Positions 1-8,484 of a stretch of 64,000 bases of DNA are shown here, piece after piece. Source of the stretch: Myxococcota bacterium (GTDB taxonomy: Bacteria > Myxococcota_A > UBA9042 > PHBI01 > JAWLBL01); assembly GCA_041687695.1 (NCBI GenBank), contig JAWLBL010000024.1, forward strand, positions 13,047-77,046, written 5' to 3'. The translations under genes and the position numbers were made by a program. The first letter of the stretch is position 1; every line of letters starts with the position of its first letter. The notes beneath the pieces are model-generated. The model saw only the letters and a program-made list of their open reading frames with translations, made no database searches and was not told where the DNA came from.

Positions 1-492
1 CTGGCCTCCCAGTTCGACACCGTGGTCATCGCGTACAACAGCTTCCAGCTCCTCCACTCGCTGTCCGATCAGGAGGCCTGCCTCCGGCGCATCCGGGAGC
101 ACCTCGTCCCGGGCGGGCGGCTCCTCTTCGAGGTCACCCCCTTCCTCCTCCGCGATCCGCCATCGGACTGGTCGCATCGTGCCACCGCCCATTTGCACGC
201 GGATCCGACGATCGCGGGCGACGGGACCGTCGTGTCCGCCTGGGAACGATGCCGCACCCGCCCCTCTGCCCAACTCAACCACTTCGACGTCCGCTACGAG
301 CTCTTCGGGACCGACGGGACGCGCCTGGAGCTGCATCACACCCTCACTCTGCGCACGATCTTTCGTTTCGAACTCGAGTTGTTGCTGACGGCCTGTGGCT
401 TCGCGGTCGAGCGGATCGACGGCGATTACGACGGCACACCCCTCGAAGCATGCGAAGACGAAGGGATGGTCGTCTCCGCGCGCACCACCTGA
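1..492 (+). CDS. Class I SAM-dependent methyltransferase, 5'-truncated by the window edge
   Basis: Frame open from base 1. FDTVVIAYNSFQLL...CLRRIREHLVPGGRLLFE and ELELLLTACGF are typical class I MTase motifs. Confidence 0.8.
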   Translation: MASQFDTVVIAYNSFQLLHSLSDQEACLRRIREHLVPGGRLLFEVTPFLLRDPPSDWSHRATAHLHADPTIAGDGTVVSAWERCRTRPSAQLNHFDVRYELFGTDGTRLELHHTLTLRTIFRFELELLLTACGFAVERIDGDYDGTPLEACEDEGMVVSARTT

Positions 493-502
493 GGGCCTGC
501 GC

Positions 503-2152
503 GTGTGTGGCTTCGCGGGGGTCCTGGGAGAGCCGGCCGAGGACGCTGCCTCGGTGTGGCGCACCCTGGAGCGCCGCGGTGTGCCCGACGGGAGTTGGAC
601 CTGCGGTCGCTTTCGAGGCTGGCAGTCCCGGCTCGCCATCGTGGCGCCCGAGGAGGGGCGCCTCCCGGTTTCGTGGACCCTGTCGCCCGACCACCACATC
701 GTCCTTTTTGGAGCCGGCCAGATCCACAACCATCTCGCCCTTCGGCGCCTGCTGTCAGCCGCCGACCGCGCGCGCGCCCCCAGCAGCGATCTGGCCCTGG
801 TGGGGCTCCTGTGGGCCCGGTTCGGCTTGCAGGGGCTCCGGCTGCTCCGGGGGCCCTATTCGGCGGCCATCTGGGAGCAGCGGGAGGGTCGACGGCGCCT
901 GTGGCTGTGCCGCGACCGTCTGGGACGTCGTCCTCTGTTCGTCGCGCGATCGCCTGGTCGCCTCGCCTTCGCGACGAGCATCGCGACCCTGAAGTGTCTC
1001 CACCCCGTCGGAGCTCCCTGTCCAGACCGTGTCCTGCAGTTTCTGGGCGCTGGCACCACCTGCGCCGATGGTGCCGTTCACCGCGACATCGAGAGCGTGC
1101 CGCCCGGGGGCGTCTGGGGCTTCGACCTCGACGGAGGCTGCGTCATGCAGGCCCGGCTCCCCCCTCCCGCGCTCACGGGGCTGCCCCTCGGAGCGGTGCT
1201 CGCGGCCGCGATGGAGCGCATTCGCCTCGCCGACACGCCCCCAGTCCTGGCGCTGTCGGGTGGCGTGGACTCCTCCTGGATGGCCCTCCGTCTGGCGCGA
1301 CACGGGCCCGTGAACGCCATCACCTTGGTGCGCCCGGGCGTCTCGGATCCAGCATCGTCGCGGTCGGCGCAGGTGGCACGGACACTGGGGCTCCGGAGCG
1401 CCGTCGTGTCCTGGGAGCCTCCTCCGGCCGCTCGGGCGCTCGCCTGCCTCTCCGAGCGCGTGGATCGTCCCGCCTCCACCCCGGCCGTTCTACACAATGA
1501 CGCGCTGCACGCAGCCGTCCCTGGCCGCCTGCTCCTCGGCGGTCACGGCGCGGACGAGGTCCTGGGCGGCTACGGCCGCTACGTCGCCTTCGCCACCGGC
1601 CAGCCTCCGGCGTGGTCGCGAGCCGAGCTGGCCTTGCGTGTGTGCCCCGAGTTCGTGCGCGGCCGGAGAGCGCTCGCAGACTGGATCGCCGCCTCCTCGT
1701 CTTCCGAGCGCCTCGCGCGCTGGTGGGACCTGACCCTCTTGCAGGCTTGGGACAACTTCCACCTGCCCGACGAAAATGGCCTCCACCACGGAGTGGAGGT
1801 CCGGTCTCCGTTCCTGGACCTGGACGTGGTGCGAAGCGGACTGTCGGAGCCGACCTCACACAAGGAGGTCCTGCGCGCCGAGCTCCGCAGCGTGCTCCCC
1901 TCCGAGCTCGTCGACGCTCCCAAGTCGGGGTTCGACACCCCGTTCGACTATGCGGCGTGGCTCATCAGCGAGTGGCCGGATCTTCGACGCGCCTGGCTCG
2001 GTTCAGAAGCCGAGACACTCGTCCCGCGCCATCTGCGCGCCCTGCTGCAGGACGCCGAGGCGCCGCGCTTGGCGCCTCTCCTTGCATGGCGCGCCGTGGC
2101 GCTGAGCGCGCACCTTCAGAGCCATCGACGCCCCCAGATCCTCGGCCAGTGA
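503..2152 (+). CDS. Asparagine synthetase B-like amidotransferase (divergent; family includes lasso cyclases)
   Basis: GTG at 503 gives the Ntn N-terminus MCGFAGV. Also RDRLGRRPLF, ATP-PPase loop [27 protein letters not shown] and PKSGF. Confidence 0.85.
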   Translation: MCGFAGVLGEPAEDAASVWRTLERRGVPDGSWTCGRFRGWQSRLAIVAPEEGRLPVSWTLSPDHHIVLFGAGQIHNHLALRRLLSAADRARAPSSDLALVGLLWARFGLQGLRLLRGPYSAAIWEQREGRRRLWLCRDRLGRRPLFVARSPGRLAFATSIATLKCLHPVGAPCPDRVLQFLGAGTTCADGAVHRDIESVPPGGVWGFDLDGGCVMQARLPPPALTGLPLGAVLAAAMERIRLADTPPVLALSGGVDSSWMALRLARHGPVNAITLVRPGVSDPASSRSAQVARTLGLRSAVVSWEPPPAARALACLSERVDRPASTPAVLHNDALHAAVPGRLLLGGHGADEVLGGYGRYVAFATGQPPAWSRAELALRVCPEFVRGRRALADWIAASSSSERLARWWDLTLLQAWDNFHLPDENGLHHGVEVRSPFLDLDVVRSGLSEPTSHKEVLRAELRSVLPSELVDAPKSGFDTPFDYAAWLISEWPDLRRAWLGSEAETLVPRHLRALLQDAEAPRLAPLLAWRAVALSAHLQSHRRPQILGQ

Positions 2153-3192
2153 TCGCCGAGATCATTGGGTCCCAGATCCGCACCGGGCAGCGGCTCGGCC
2201 ATGGCCTCTACGTGGGCCGCCAGGGGGGCTGATAGGGGCACCCCGAGCGAGGGCAGGCGACGCAAGACGTAAGCGGCACCGGCGGACAAGCCGAGCTCGA
2301 TGACGATCTCCAGGGCGCGGGCGTGTTCGGCAGGGGAGGCGGTCGCGACCAGCGCGGCTACGTCGGCGCATTGATGCGCGCCTCGCCCGAAGCGCTGCAC
2401 ACCCTCCCAGTAGAGCTTGTAGACGGCCAGCGCGATCGACCAGCTTCGGTCGGCCAGGCAGAGGCCGTCGAGGCGGACCGCGTCGCGCAGCAGGCGCCGC
2501 GTGGACACGGCGGGGTTGATTCCGTGGTGCGCGTCCACCACGAGGAAGAGGACGGCGCGGCCCGATCGGACCGTCCAGGGGAGGCTGCAAACGGCCGCGA
2601 CTCGGCTCACGAGATCGACGGACACGCGCTGAGGCGAGAGCTCCACGGGGCGGACCAGGTAGCCGAGCTCGTAGTGCTCGGCCTCGACCAGGCGCCGACG
2701 CTCGAGATCGGGGCGCACGAACTCGCGCATCCGGGGGTTCCAGTCCGCGGCGCTGTAGCCGGCTTCCAAGAGCAGGCGCTCGGCCCGTTCGAGCTCTTCG
2801 GGCCAAACGGCGAGATCGAGATCCCGACCCACGCGGCGCAGGCCCGTCCAGCGCCGCACGGCGCTCCCCTTCATCCAGGCGTGTCGGATCCCTTCTTCGT
2901 CGAGGCGCGCTCCGAGGCGGCCGAGCTCGTCGTCCTGCAAGCGGGCCGTCAGCTCGGCAAGGTCCGCCAGATCACGGGCCAGGCGGAGCTGTGGCCGCTC
3001 CCCATCACATCGGTCCGAGGAGGGGCCGAGCAGATGGGGCGCGACCTGCCAGAGCTCGATGGCCAGACGGTCGAGGCCGCTGGGGACGCCATCGCCGCGG
3101 CTCTCGGCGCGAGGTCCGAGCCAGGGCGCGAGGTCGACTAGCGCCGCGAGGCTGCGACGTCCGGCGTCGTCATTCACGGCCTGATGCGTCAC
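2116..3192 (-). CDS. Nucleotidyltransferase family protein (NTP_transf_5-like)
   Basis: WMKGSAV...RRVGRDLDLAV (KG...R...DxD) followed by LLLEAGY and VDAHH. Start is uncertain (GTG 3192 or 3177). Confidence 0.7.
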   Translation of the reverse strand: MTHQAVNDDAGRRSLAALVDLAPWLGPRAESRGDGVPSGLDRLAIELWQVAPHLLGPSSDRCDGERPQLRLARDLADLAELTARLQDDELGRLGARLDEEGIRHAWMKGSAVRRWTGLRRVGRDLDLAVWPEELERAERLLLEAGYSAADWNPRMREFVRPDLERRRLVEAEHYELGYLVRPVELSPQRVSVDLVSRVAAVCSLPWTVRSGRAVLFLVVDAHHGINPAVSTRRLLRDAVRLDGLCLADRSWSIALAVYKLYWEGVQRFGRGAHQCADVAALVATASPAEHARALEIVIELGLSAGAAYVLRRLPSLGVPLSAPLAAHVEAMAEPLPGADLGPNDLGDHWPRIWGRRWL

Positions 3193-3727
3193 TCGAGGGC
3201 GACCGGACCCGACCAGACACGGGGCCCTCGGTCGTCACAGGGCGGAGCGCGTCGACCCGAGCGGACACGGGCCCGTCGGTCGCGACCACACCCGACACCG
3301 GAATGGGCGAGGCCGACAGCGGGCCGAGGTGTCGGACCAGGGCCGCCGCGACGGCCTCGACGTCCGCGTCCGTGAGGGTCCGGTTGCCGCGGAGGACGGG
3401 AGTGCCGGGCGAGGCGGCGGCCACCGAAGGAATGGGAGAGGCCGAGACGGCCGGGATCGGGGAAGCCGAGACCATGGGGGTAGGCGAGGCCGACAAGCCG
3501 CCGCGGCCAAAGCGCCGAGCGGGCGCGGTGCGCCCCGTGCTCAGCCGGCTGGCGACGAGATCGGCCAGGATCTCGAGCTGGCTCCGGCGGGACATGCCGA
3601 GCCTGCGTGCGACGGCGCTGGCGACATGATCGGCCAGGAAGTCCATGTCTGGGGACTTGGGAGTGGGCGAGGCGCTGCTCTCAGCGAGGGCGAGACGGAG
3701 GAGCTCCTGGAGGTCACGACGAGGCAT
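3170..3727 (-). CDS. Repeat-containing small protein, candidate multi-core peptide precursor
   Basis: ATG 3727 is preceded by AAGGA and the gene overlaps both neighbours. It has five SASP(I/T)P motifs, three amphipathic helical segments and two T(D/E)GPVS(A/G)RV motifs. Confidence 0.7.
   Translation of the reverse strand: MPRRDLQELLRLALAESSASPTPKSPDMDFLADHVASAVARRLGMSRRSQLEILADLVASRLSTGRTAPARRFGRGGLSASPTPMVSASPIPAVSASPIPSVAAASPGTPVLRGNRTLTDADVEAVAAALVRHLGPLSASPIPVSGVVATDGPVSARVDALRPVTTEGPVSGRVRSPSSDASGRE
3428..3499 (-). repeat. Three tandem 24-bp units encoding xxSASP(I/T)P
   Basis: Units 3428-3451, 3452-3475 and 3476-3499 differ mainly at synonymous positions. Confidence 0.85.
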
Positions 3728-4847
3728 GGCGAGTCCTTGTGTCGGTGAGGGTGGCGTTTCGGACGATGAGTTCGGCAACCGAGTCCTGGCCCGGCTCCGT
3801 CCAGCGATGCCGGACGAAGGCGCCGAGGCCGGGAAGGGGGTCCTCCTGCGTCTTCAGCAGGCCCCGCAGCCTGTCTCCCAGGACGTCGGAGTAGGGCCCC
3901 AGGCAGGCCCGCAGCGCGGCCTCGACGGCCGCGACGCCGATCGCTTCGGGGAGCCCGGCAGGGATCCGAAGCGAGGGATGGATGGCGCTCAAGGGAACCA
4001 GGCAGCCGGGCGGGAGCACGTCGCGGTAGCGCTCGAGGATGAGGGCCTGGCTGTAGTTCTGCGGCGGTAGGAAGCGCGGAGGGACGCCCATGGACAGGGC
4101 CTCCACGGTCGTGGTGATCCCAGGGGCCGTGATGAGCCGCTCGCAGCGGGCGAGGCGTCTGACGAACTCGTCGTGCGGCAGATGCCCGATCTGCACGTTC
4201 GGGTAGTCGTCGCGCAAGGCCGCGCTGAGCGCCGCGTTCGTGCAGACGAGGACGGAGCCGTAGCGGGTCGTCGCTTCGGGCAACAACGCCTCGAGCACGA
4301 GACGCGCATAGCGCAGGTAGAGATCACCATGCACGAAGGGGTTGGCCAACCCCGACAGGTTGATGAGCAGCTCCCCGGACCGCGGGCCTCGGGCGACACC
4401 CTGGGCGGCATCGATCGGAGGCACCGCCCGCCGATTGCTGCCGAACTCGACCTCGCGGTCGAGGAGGAAGTCCTGGACGAATACAGCCTGGGCGTTGTCG
4501 ATGCCGGGGGGCGGCGCGTGCCACATCCAGTCGAGGCTGTCCACGACGTACAACGGCGGATCGACGACCGGGTTCCAGTCGGCGGCGACCGACATGTTGA
4601 GGACGCTGACCACTGCGGTCGCATCGGCCGCGGTACGGCGTAGTCGCGCCCGGCCCAGGTCGGTGTCCACCGCCAGCTCGTGAATCTCGTCGAAGACGTG
4701 GGCGCGTCGTGCAAAATCGAGGGCGATGCCGTCACCGTAGAACGCCAGGACGGCTTCGTGACATCGGCGCTGCAGGGCCCGTGCGATGGTCACCGCCTTC
4801 GACACGGGACCGAAGCCGAACGATGTGGACAGAAACACGAACCTCAT
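3714..4847 (-). CDS. GT-B glycosyltransferase resembling cytosylglucuronate (CGA) synthase, BlsD/MilC-like
   Basis: Motifs FGFGPVSK, VDSLDWMW, LINLSGL, LPHDEF, TAPGITT and LPPQNYSQ match my recollection of the CGA synthase family. Confidence 0.65.
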   Translation of the reverse strand: MRFVFLSTSFGFGPVSKAVTIARALQRRCHEAVLAFYGDGIALDFARRAHVFDEIHELAVDTDLGRARLRRTAADATAVVSVLNMSVAADWNPVVDPPLYVVDSLDWMWHAPPPGIDNAQAVFVQDFLLDREVEFGSNRRAVPPIDAAQGVARGPRSGELLINLSGLANPFVHGDLYLRYARLVLEALLPEATTRYGSVLVCTNAALSAALRDDYPNVQIGHLPHDEFVRRLARCERLITAPGITTTVEALSMGVPPRFLPPQNYSQALILERYRDVLPPGCLVPLSAIHPSLRIPAGLPEAIGVAAVEAALRACLGPYSDVLGDRLRGLLKTQEDPLPGLGAFVRHRWTEPGQDSVAELIVRNATLTDTRTRHASS

Positions 4848-5217
4848 GGTGCGTGCAGCCTAGCGTAGGTCGTCCTGCAAGGAAACCGGATCGCGGTCGA
4901 TTGTGTGATGCAGTGAAGGAGTGCCAGCTGCGCTGACCTGACGGTGGGCTCGATGGCTTCATTGGCGGCCGTCAGCGTTGGAGACGATCACCCAGCGCTC
5001 CCGCGCCTCGACCTGGTCCTCGCCTGGCCCGACACGAGCCGTTCGTGTCCGCGACCGCGATGGAGGCGATGGCGTCGGTTGGCGCGCTCTGGCCCGGTTT
5101 TCGGGCGTCGAGCGCCCTGGCGCGCGAGTTCTGGGCGCCGCAGGATCAAGCGGTGACCATCGAGGAGGGACGACGTTGCGCGAGGGCGGCCTGTCGGCGT
5201 AGTGGCGCTGAGCGGTC

Positions 5218-5895
5218 TCAGGTGCGGGTGACGAGGGCGACGAGGCCGGCCATGGCGGCGCGTTCGGCGGCGGGGTCGTAGGCGGCCGCGGCGGAGCGGT
5301 GGGTGAAGCCGTGGGTGGCGCCTGGGTGGACGGTGACGCGGGCGGCCGGGTGGTCGGCGAAGGCGGCGCGGATGGCGTCGACGGCGTGGGGCGGGACCAC
5401 GGGGTCGACGGCGCCGAAGTGGAGGTCGGCGGGGACGCGGACGCGCGGGGCGAGGTCGAGGTGGGCCTCGATGCGGGTGGCGTGCCAGGTGGCGAGGGCG
5501 TCGGCCAGGCCGTCGGCGGCGGCGTGGAGGGCGAAGGGGCCGCCGAAGCAGACGCCGAGGACGACCAATGGCGTGCTCGGGGCCTGGTCGCGGGTCCAGG
5601 CGATGAGGGCCTGCAGGTCGCCGTAGGTCTGGGCGAAGTCGAGCTGGCGCAGGCGGCCCATGACGCGCGGCATGTCGGCGTAGTCGGCGGGGCCGGGGTC
5701 GGTGCGGGCGAAGGGGTCGAAGGTGGTGACGAGCGTGGCTCGCTCGGACAGTTCGGCCATCTGCTGGCGGACGTCGGGGGCGACGCCGAAGGCGGACGGG
5801 ACGATGACGACGGCGGCGCCGGCGCCGGTCGCGCGGGCGACCGTGAGGGGGACGCGGTGGCCATCGGCGGTCAGGACGGGGTGGTCGAGCGACAT
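5218..5895 (-). CDS. Dienelactone hydrolase family protein
   Basis: Nucleophile motif GVCFGG, FGAVDPVVP and HPGATHGF. ATG at 5895. Confidence 0.9.
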   Translation of the reverse strand: MSLDHPVLTADGHRVPLTVARATGAGAAVVIVPSAFGVAPDVRQQMAELSERATLVTTFDPFARTDPGPADYADMPRVMGRLRQLDFAQTYGDLQALIAWTRDQAPSTPLVVLGVCFGGPFALHAAADGLADALATWHATRIEAHLDLAPRVRVPADLHFGAVDPVVPPHAVDAIRAAFADHPAARVTVHPGATHGFTHRSAAAAYDPAAERAAMAGLVALVTRT

Positions 5896-6225
5896 CGGTG
5901 CCTCGGGTCGGGTGAGGGGTGGGGCGTTGGAGCGGGGCGGGCGGTCGTCGGCTGCTTCAGCGTTCGGCGGCGTCGGCGCAGGGCGCCGTGGCGAACGGGG
6001 CGGCCCACACGCCATGACAGTAGGAGGTGCGCGGGACGCCGTCGAGGGTGACCTGGTGGTAGCCGCGCCGCTCCATCGTGAAGGCGTCGGCGGTCTCGTC
6101 CGGTCCGGCAGCGCGGGGCGGAATGTGCGCGCGATGCCCGTGGAGCGGCGCTCTGCTACGCGCAGCCAGCTTCGTCGTGCAGGATGACGTCGCGAACCCT
6201 TCGCGAACCGACCGAGAGCATCGCC

Positions 6226-7500
6226 ATGCGTCCCATCGAACCCCGGCCGCTGGCCGGACCGACCGTCGTCCTCTCGTGGGTGGCCGCGCTCTGGCTCGGA
6301 GCGCTCGGCGGGACCGCGTGGGCGGCACCGCCCGAAGCCCCCCCGGAGCCCATCGCGAAGGAGGTGTCCCCGGCCCGGGGCGAGTGGCCGGGCTTTCGCG
6401 TCGAGGTCCCCGGGCGCGACTCCGAGGTCCGGGTCCGGGGGCTGGTCCAGGCCGATGGCCTGTTCTTCATCGACGATGAGCGGGATCAGAGCGATAGGTT
6501 CGAGATCCGCCGCGCCCGTGTCGCGTTGCAGGGCAAGATCGGCAAGGTGTTCGGCTTTCGCGTCGAGCCGCAGTGGACGCCTGGGAACGTCGTCCTGCTG
6601 GACGCCTACGTCGACGTCCGGGTCTTCGACGCGCTCATCGTGCGCGCGGGGAAGCAGAAGACGCCGCTCGGCCTCGAGATGCTGCAGCCCGTGACGGCGC
6701 TGATCCTGCCGGAGCGGGGGCTCTCGACGGCCCTCGTGCCCCTGCGCGACATCGGCGTCCAGGTGCTCGGCGAGGTCGCCGGCGGCGTGTTCTCGTTCGC
6801 GGCCGGCGTAGGCTCCGGGGCCGCCGACCAGGTCCTGCCGGACGGCAACGTCGACGACGCCTTCGACGCGTACGGCCGCGTCTTCGTCCAGCCGTTTCGC
6901 GCCTCCGAATCTCCCGCGCTGCGCGACCTCGGCGTCGGCGTGGCCGGCAGCTGGGGCCGTGAGACGGGCGGCGAGGCGGACGGTGGGCTCGGTCGATACC
7001 GCACCGGCGCGCGCGACACGTTCGCCCGGTTCGCCGACGACGTCGTCGCGGATGGGGACCGCTGGCGGCTGAACCCTCAGCTCTGGTGGTACTTCGGCGC
7101 CTTCGGGCTGATCGGCGAGTACGTGTACTCGGAGCAGGAGGTCCGGCGGGGCGCGGACGCCCGCGCTGTCGGTCACCACGCGTGGACGGCGGGCGCCTCG
7201 TACGTGATGACGCGGGAGCGCGCCTCCTACCGAGGTGTCACGCCGGCCCACACCGGGGGCGCGTTCGAGGTCGCCGCGCGCTTTGGCGAGCTGCATCTGG
7301 ACGACGGCGCGATCGAGGCTGGGCTCTTCCGCGCGGGTGCCCCGGATGTCGTCCGCGCTTGGGGCGCGAGCTTGAACTACTGGGCGCACGCTGCGGTCCG
7401 CGCGCAGCTCGCGTTCGAGCAGACCCGCTTCGAGCGGCCCGGCGCCGCGTCGCGGTCCCCCGAAAACGCCCTGTACCTGCGCCTGCAGGCCGCTCCGTAG
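6226..7500 (+). CDS. OprO/OprP-like anion-selective porin
   Basis: Signal peptide, FEIRRARVALQG, LLDAYVD, GKQKTPLGLEMLQ, RDIGVQ and GAFEVAARF. Confidence 0.85.
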   Translation: MRPIEPRPLAGPTVVLSWVAALWLGALGGTAWAAPPEAPPEPIAKEVSPARGEWPGFRVEVPGRDSEVRVRGLVQADGLFFIDDERDQSDRFEIRRARVALQGKIGKVFGFRVEPQWTPGNVVLLDAYVDVRVFDALIVRAGKQKTPLGLEMLQPVTALILPERGLSTALVPLRDIGVQVLGEVAGGVFSFAAGVGSGAADQVLPDGNVDDAFDAYGRVFVQPFRASESPALRDLGVGVAGSWGRETGGEADGGLGRYRTGARDTFARFADDVVADGDRWRLNPQLWWYFGAFGLIGEYVYSEQEVRRGADARAVGHHAWTAGASYVMTRERASYRGVTPAHTGGAFEVAARFGELHLDDGAIEAGLFRAGAPDVVRAWGASLNYWAHAAVRAQLAFEQTRFERPGAASRSPENALYLRLQAAP

Positions 7501-7506
7501 CGCGGG

Positions 7507-7542
7507 GCGCTCGGTCGGACGCCCGCTTTGCGGGCTCGGGTC
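7507..7542. repeat. 36-bp dispersed repeat, second copy at 12077-12112
   Basis: gcgctcggtcggacgcccgctt(t/c)gcgggctcgggtc, one mismatch between copies, with an internal gcccgc/gcgggc inverted repeat. Confidence 0.85.
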
Positions 7543-7581
7543 AGACAGAAGGGGGACGCCCTTCGCGGGCGGCAGCCGTCA

Positions 7582-7738
7582 ATGACGGCACCTTGTAGAG
7601 GGACTGAGCTGCGTCGGTGTGGACGACGGCTGGTGCCGCGTGTCCGAGACGCGCGAGCGCCTCGCTGGGTGGGAGCACCCCGCTCTCGTTGTTGGCGTGC
7701 ATCACCGTGACGAGCGCCGTGTCTAGCGTGAGCGCCTC
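7582..7738 (-). pseudogene. Internal fragment of a cysteine desulfurase (NifS/IscS)
   Basis: Hand translation EALTLDTALVTVMHANNESGVL...VVHTDAAQSLYKVP. No start codon and no catalytic C-terminal part. Confidence 0.8.
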
Positions 7739-7867
7739 CTACTTGCCCTCCACCGGACCGGCGAGATCGAAGACGAGGTCGAGCTCGAGCCGCTCGGTGT
7801 TCGCCCCGAGCGGCGTCGCTCGCCAGCCCGCGTATTGGCCGGGATCGAGGGTGGTGGGCTCGCTCAT
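7739..7867 (-). pseudogene. N-terminal stub of a class I methyltransferase
   Basis: MSEPTTLDPGQYAGWRATPLGANTERLELDLVFDLAGPVEGK stops (TAG) just where motif I (VLDVG) would be expected. The ATG overlaps the upstream stop. Confidence 0.6.
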
Positions 7868-8484
7868 CCGGCGCCCCGCCGGCAGAGCGCATAGGCGAAG
7901 GCCTGCGACGCACCCCAGGGCGTGGTGTGCTCTTCGTCGGCCTGGTCGACGAGTTCGAAGCCAGGGCCAAGCGCGGCCGCGATGCCGCTGGATGCGTACC
8001 GGGTCACCGGCAGCCCGCTGCAGCGCTCGGGGCCGTTTGGGCCGAAGGTGGCGATGATTGCGAATCCGCCCGGACGGACGGATCGACGCAGCGCCTCGAT
8101 GTAGGCGTCCCGGCGCTCCGGTTCGGTGAGGAAGTGGAACACGGCGCGGTCATGCCAGAGGTCGACGGTGTCCTCGTCGAAGAGAGGCGTCGTGGCGTCT
8201 CCGACGACCCACTGGACCGAGCGCGCGGCATCGCCGAGGCGAGCTCGGGTGTGGGCGAGCGCCTCGGCCGAGATGTCCGCCACGGAGACGCGCTCGAAGC
8301 CTCGGGCCAGGAGGTCGTCCACGAGCGTCGACGCTCCGCCGCCGACATCGACCACATGGGCGCGAGGGTCGAGCCCGCAGCTGTCGATCCAGGCGAGGGA
8401 ACGCTCGAGGCGTGGCCGGTACCAGCTGACCGCGTCCGGCGACTTGCCGCGATAGACCTCATCCCAGTGCTCGCGCGTGCTCAT
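7864..8484 (-). CDS. Class I SAM-dependent methyltransferase
   Basis: HWDEVY, VDVGGGASTLVD, WHDRAVFHFL and GPERCSGL. Confidence 0.9.
   Translation of the reverse strand: MSTREHWDEVYRGKSPDAVSWYRPRLERSLAWIDSCGLDPRAHVVDVGGGASTLVDDLLARGFERVSVADISAEALAHTRARLGDAARSVQWVVGDATTPLFDEDTVDLWHDRAVFHFLTEPERRDAYIEALRRSVRPGGFAIIATFGPNGPERCSGLPVTRYASSGIAAALGPGFELVDQADEEHTTPWGASQAFAYALCRRGAG

Noticed and set aside
4860..5210. Possible gene fragments (GEDQVEARERWVIVSNADGRQ; FRASSALAREFWAP)
   Set aside because: They look like remnants, but I cannot assign a family or a start without a search.
5957..6130. Short ORF ending YHQVTLDGVPRTSYCHGVW
   Set aside because: Possible gene fragment. No recognisable motif and too little support.
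5218..7389. 723-aa fusion ORF
   Set aside because: The 5' part is antisense to the porin. The real gene is the hydrolase starting at 5895.
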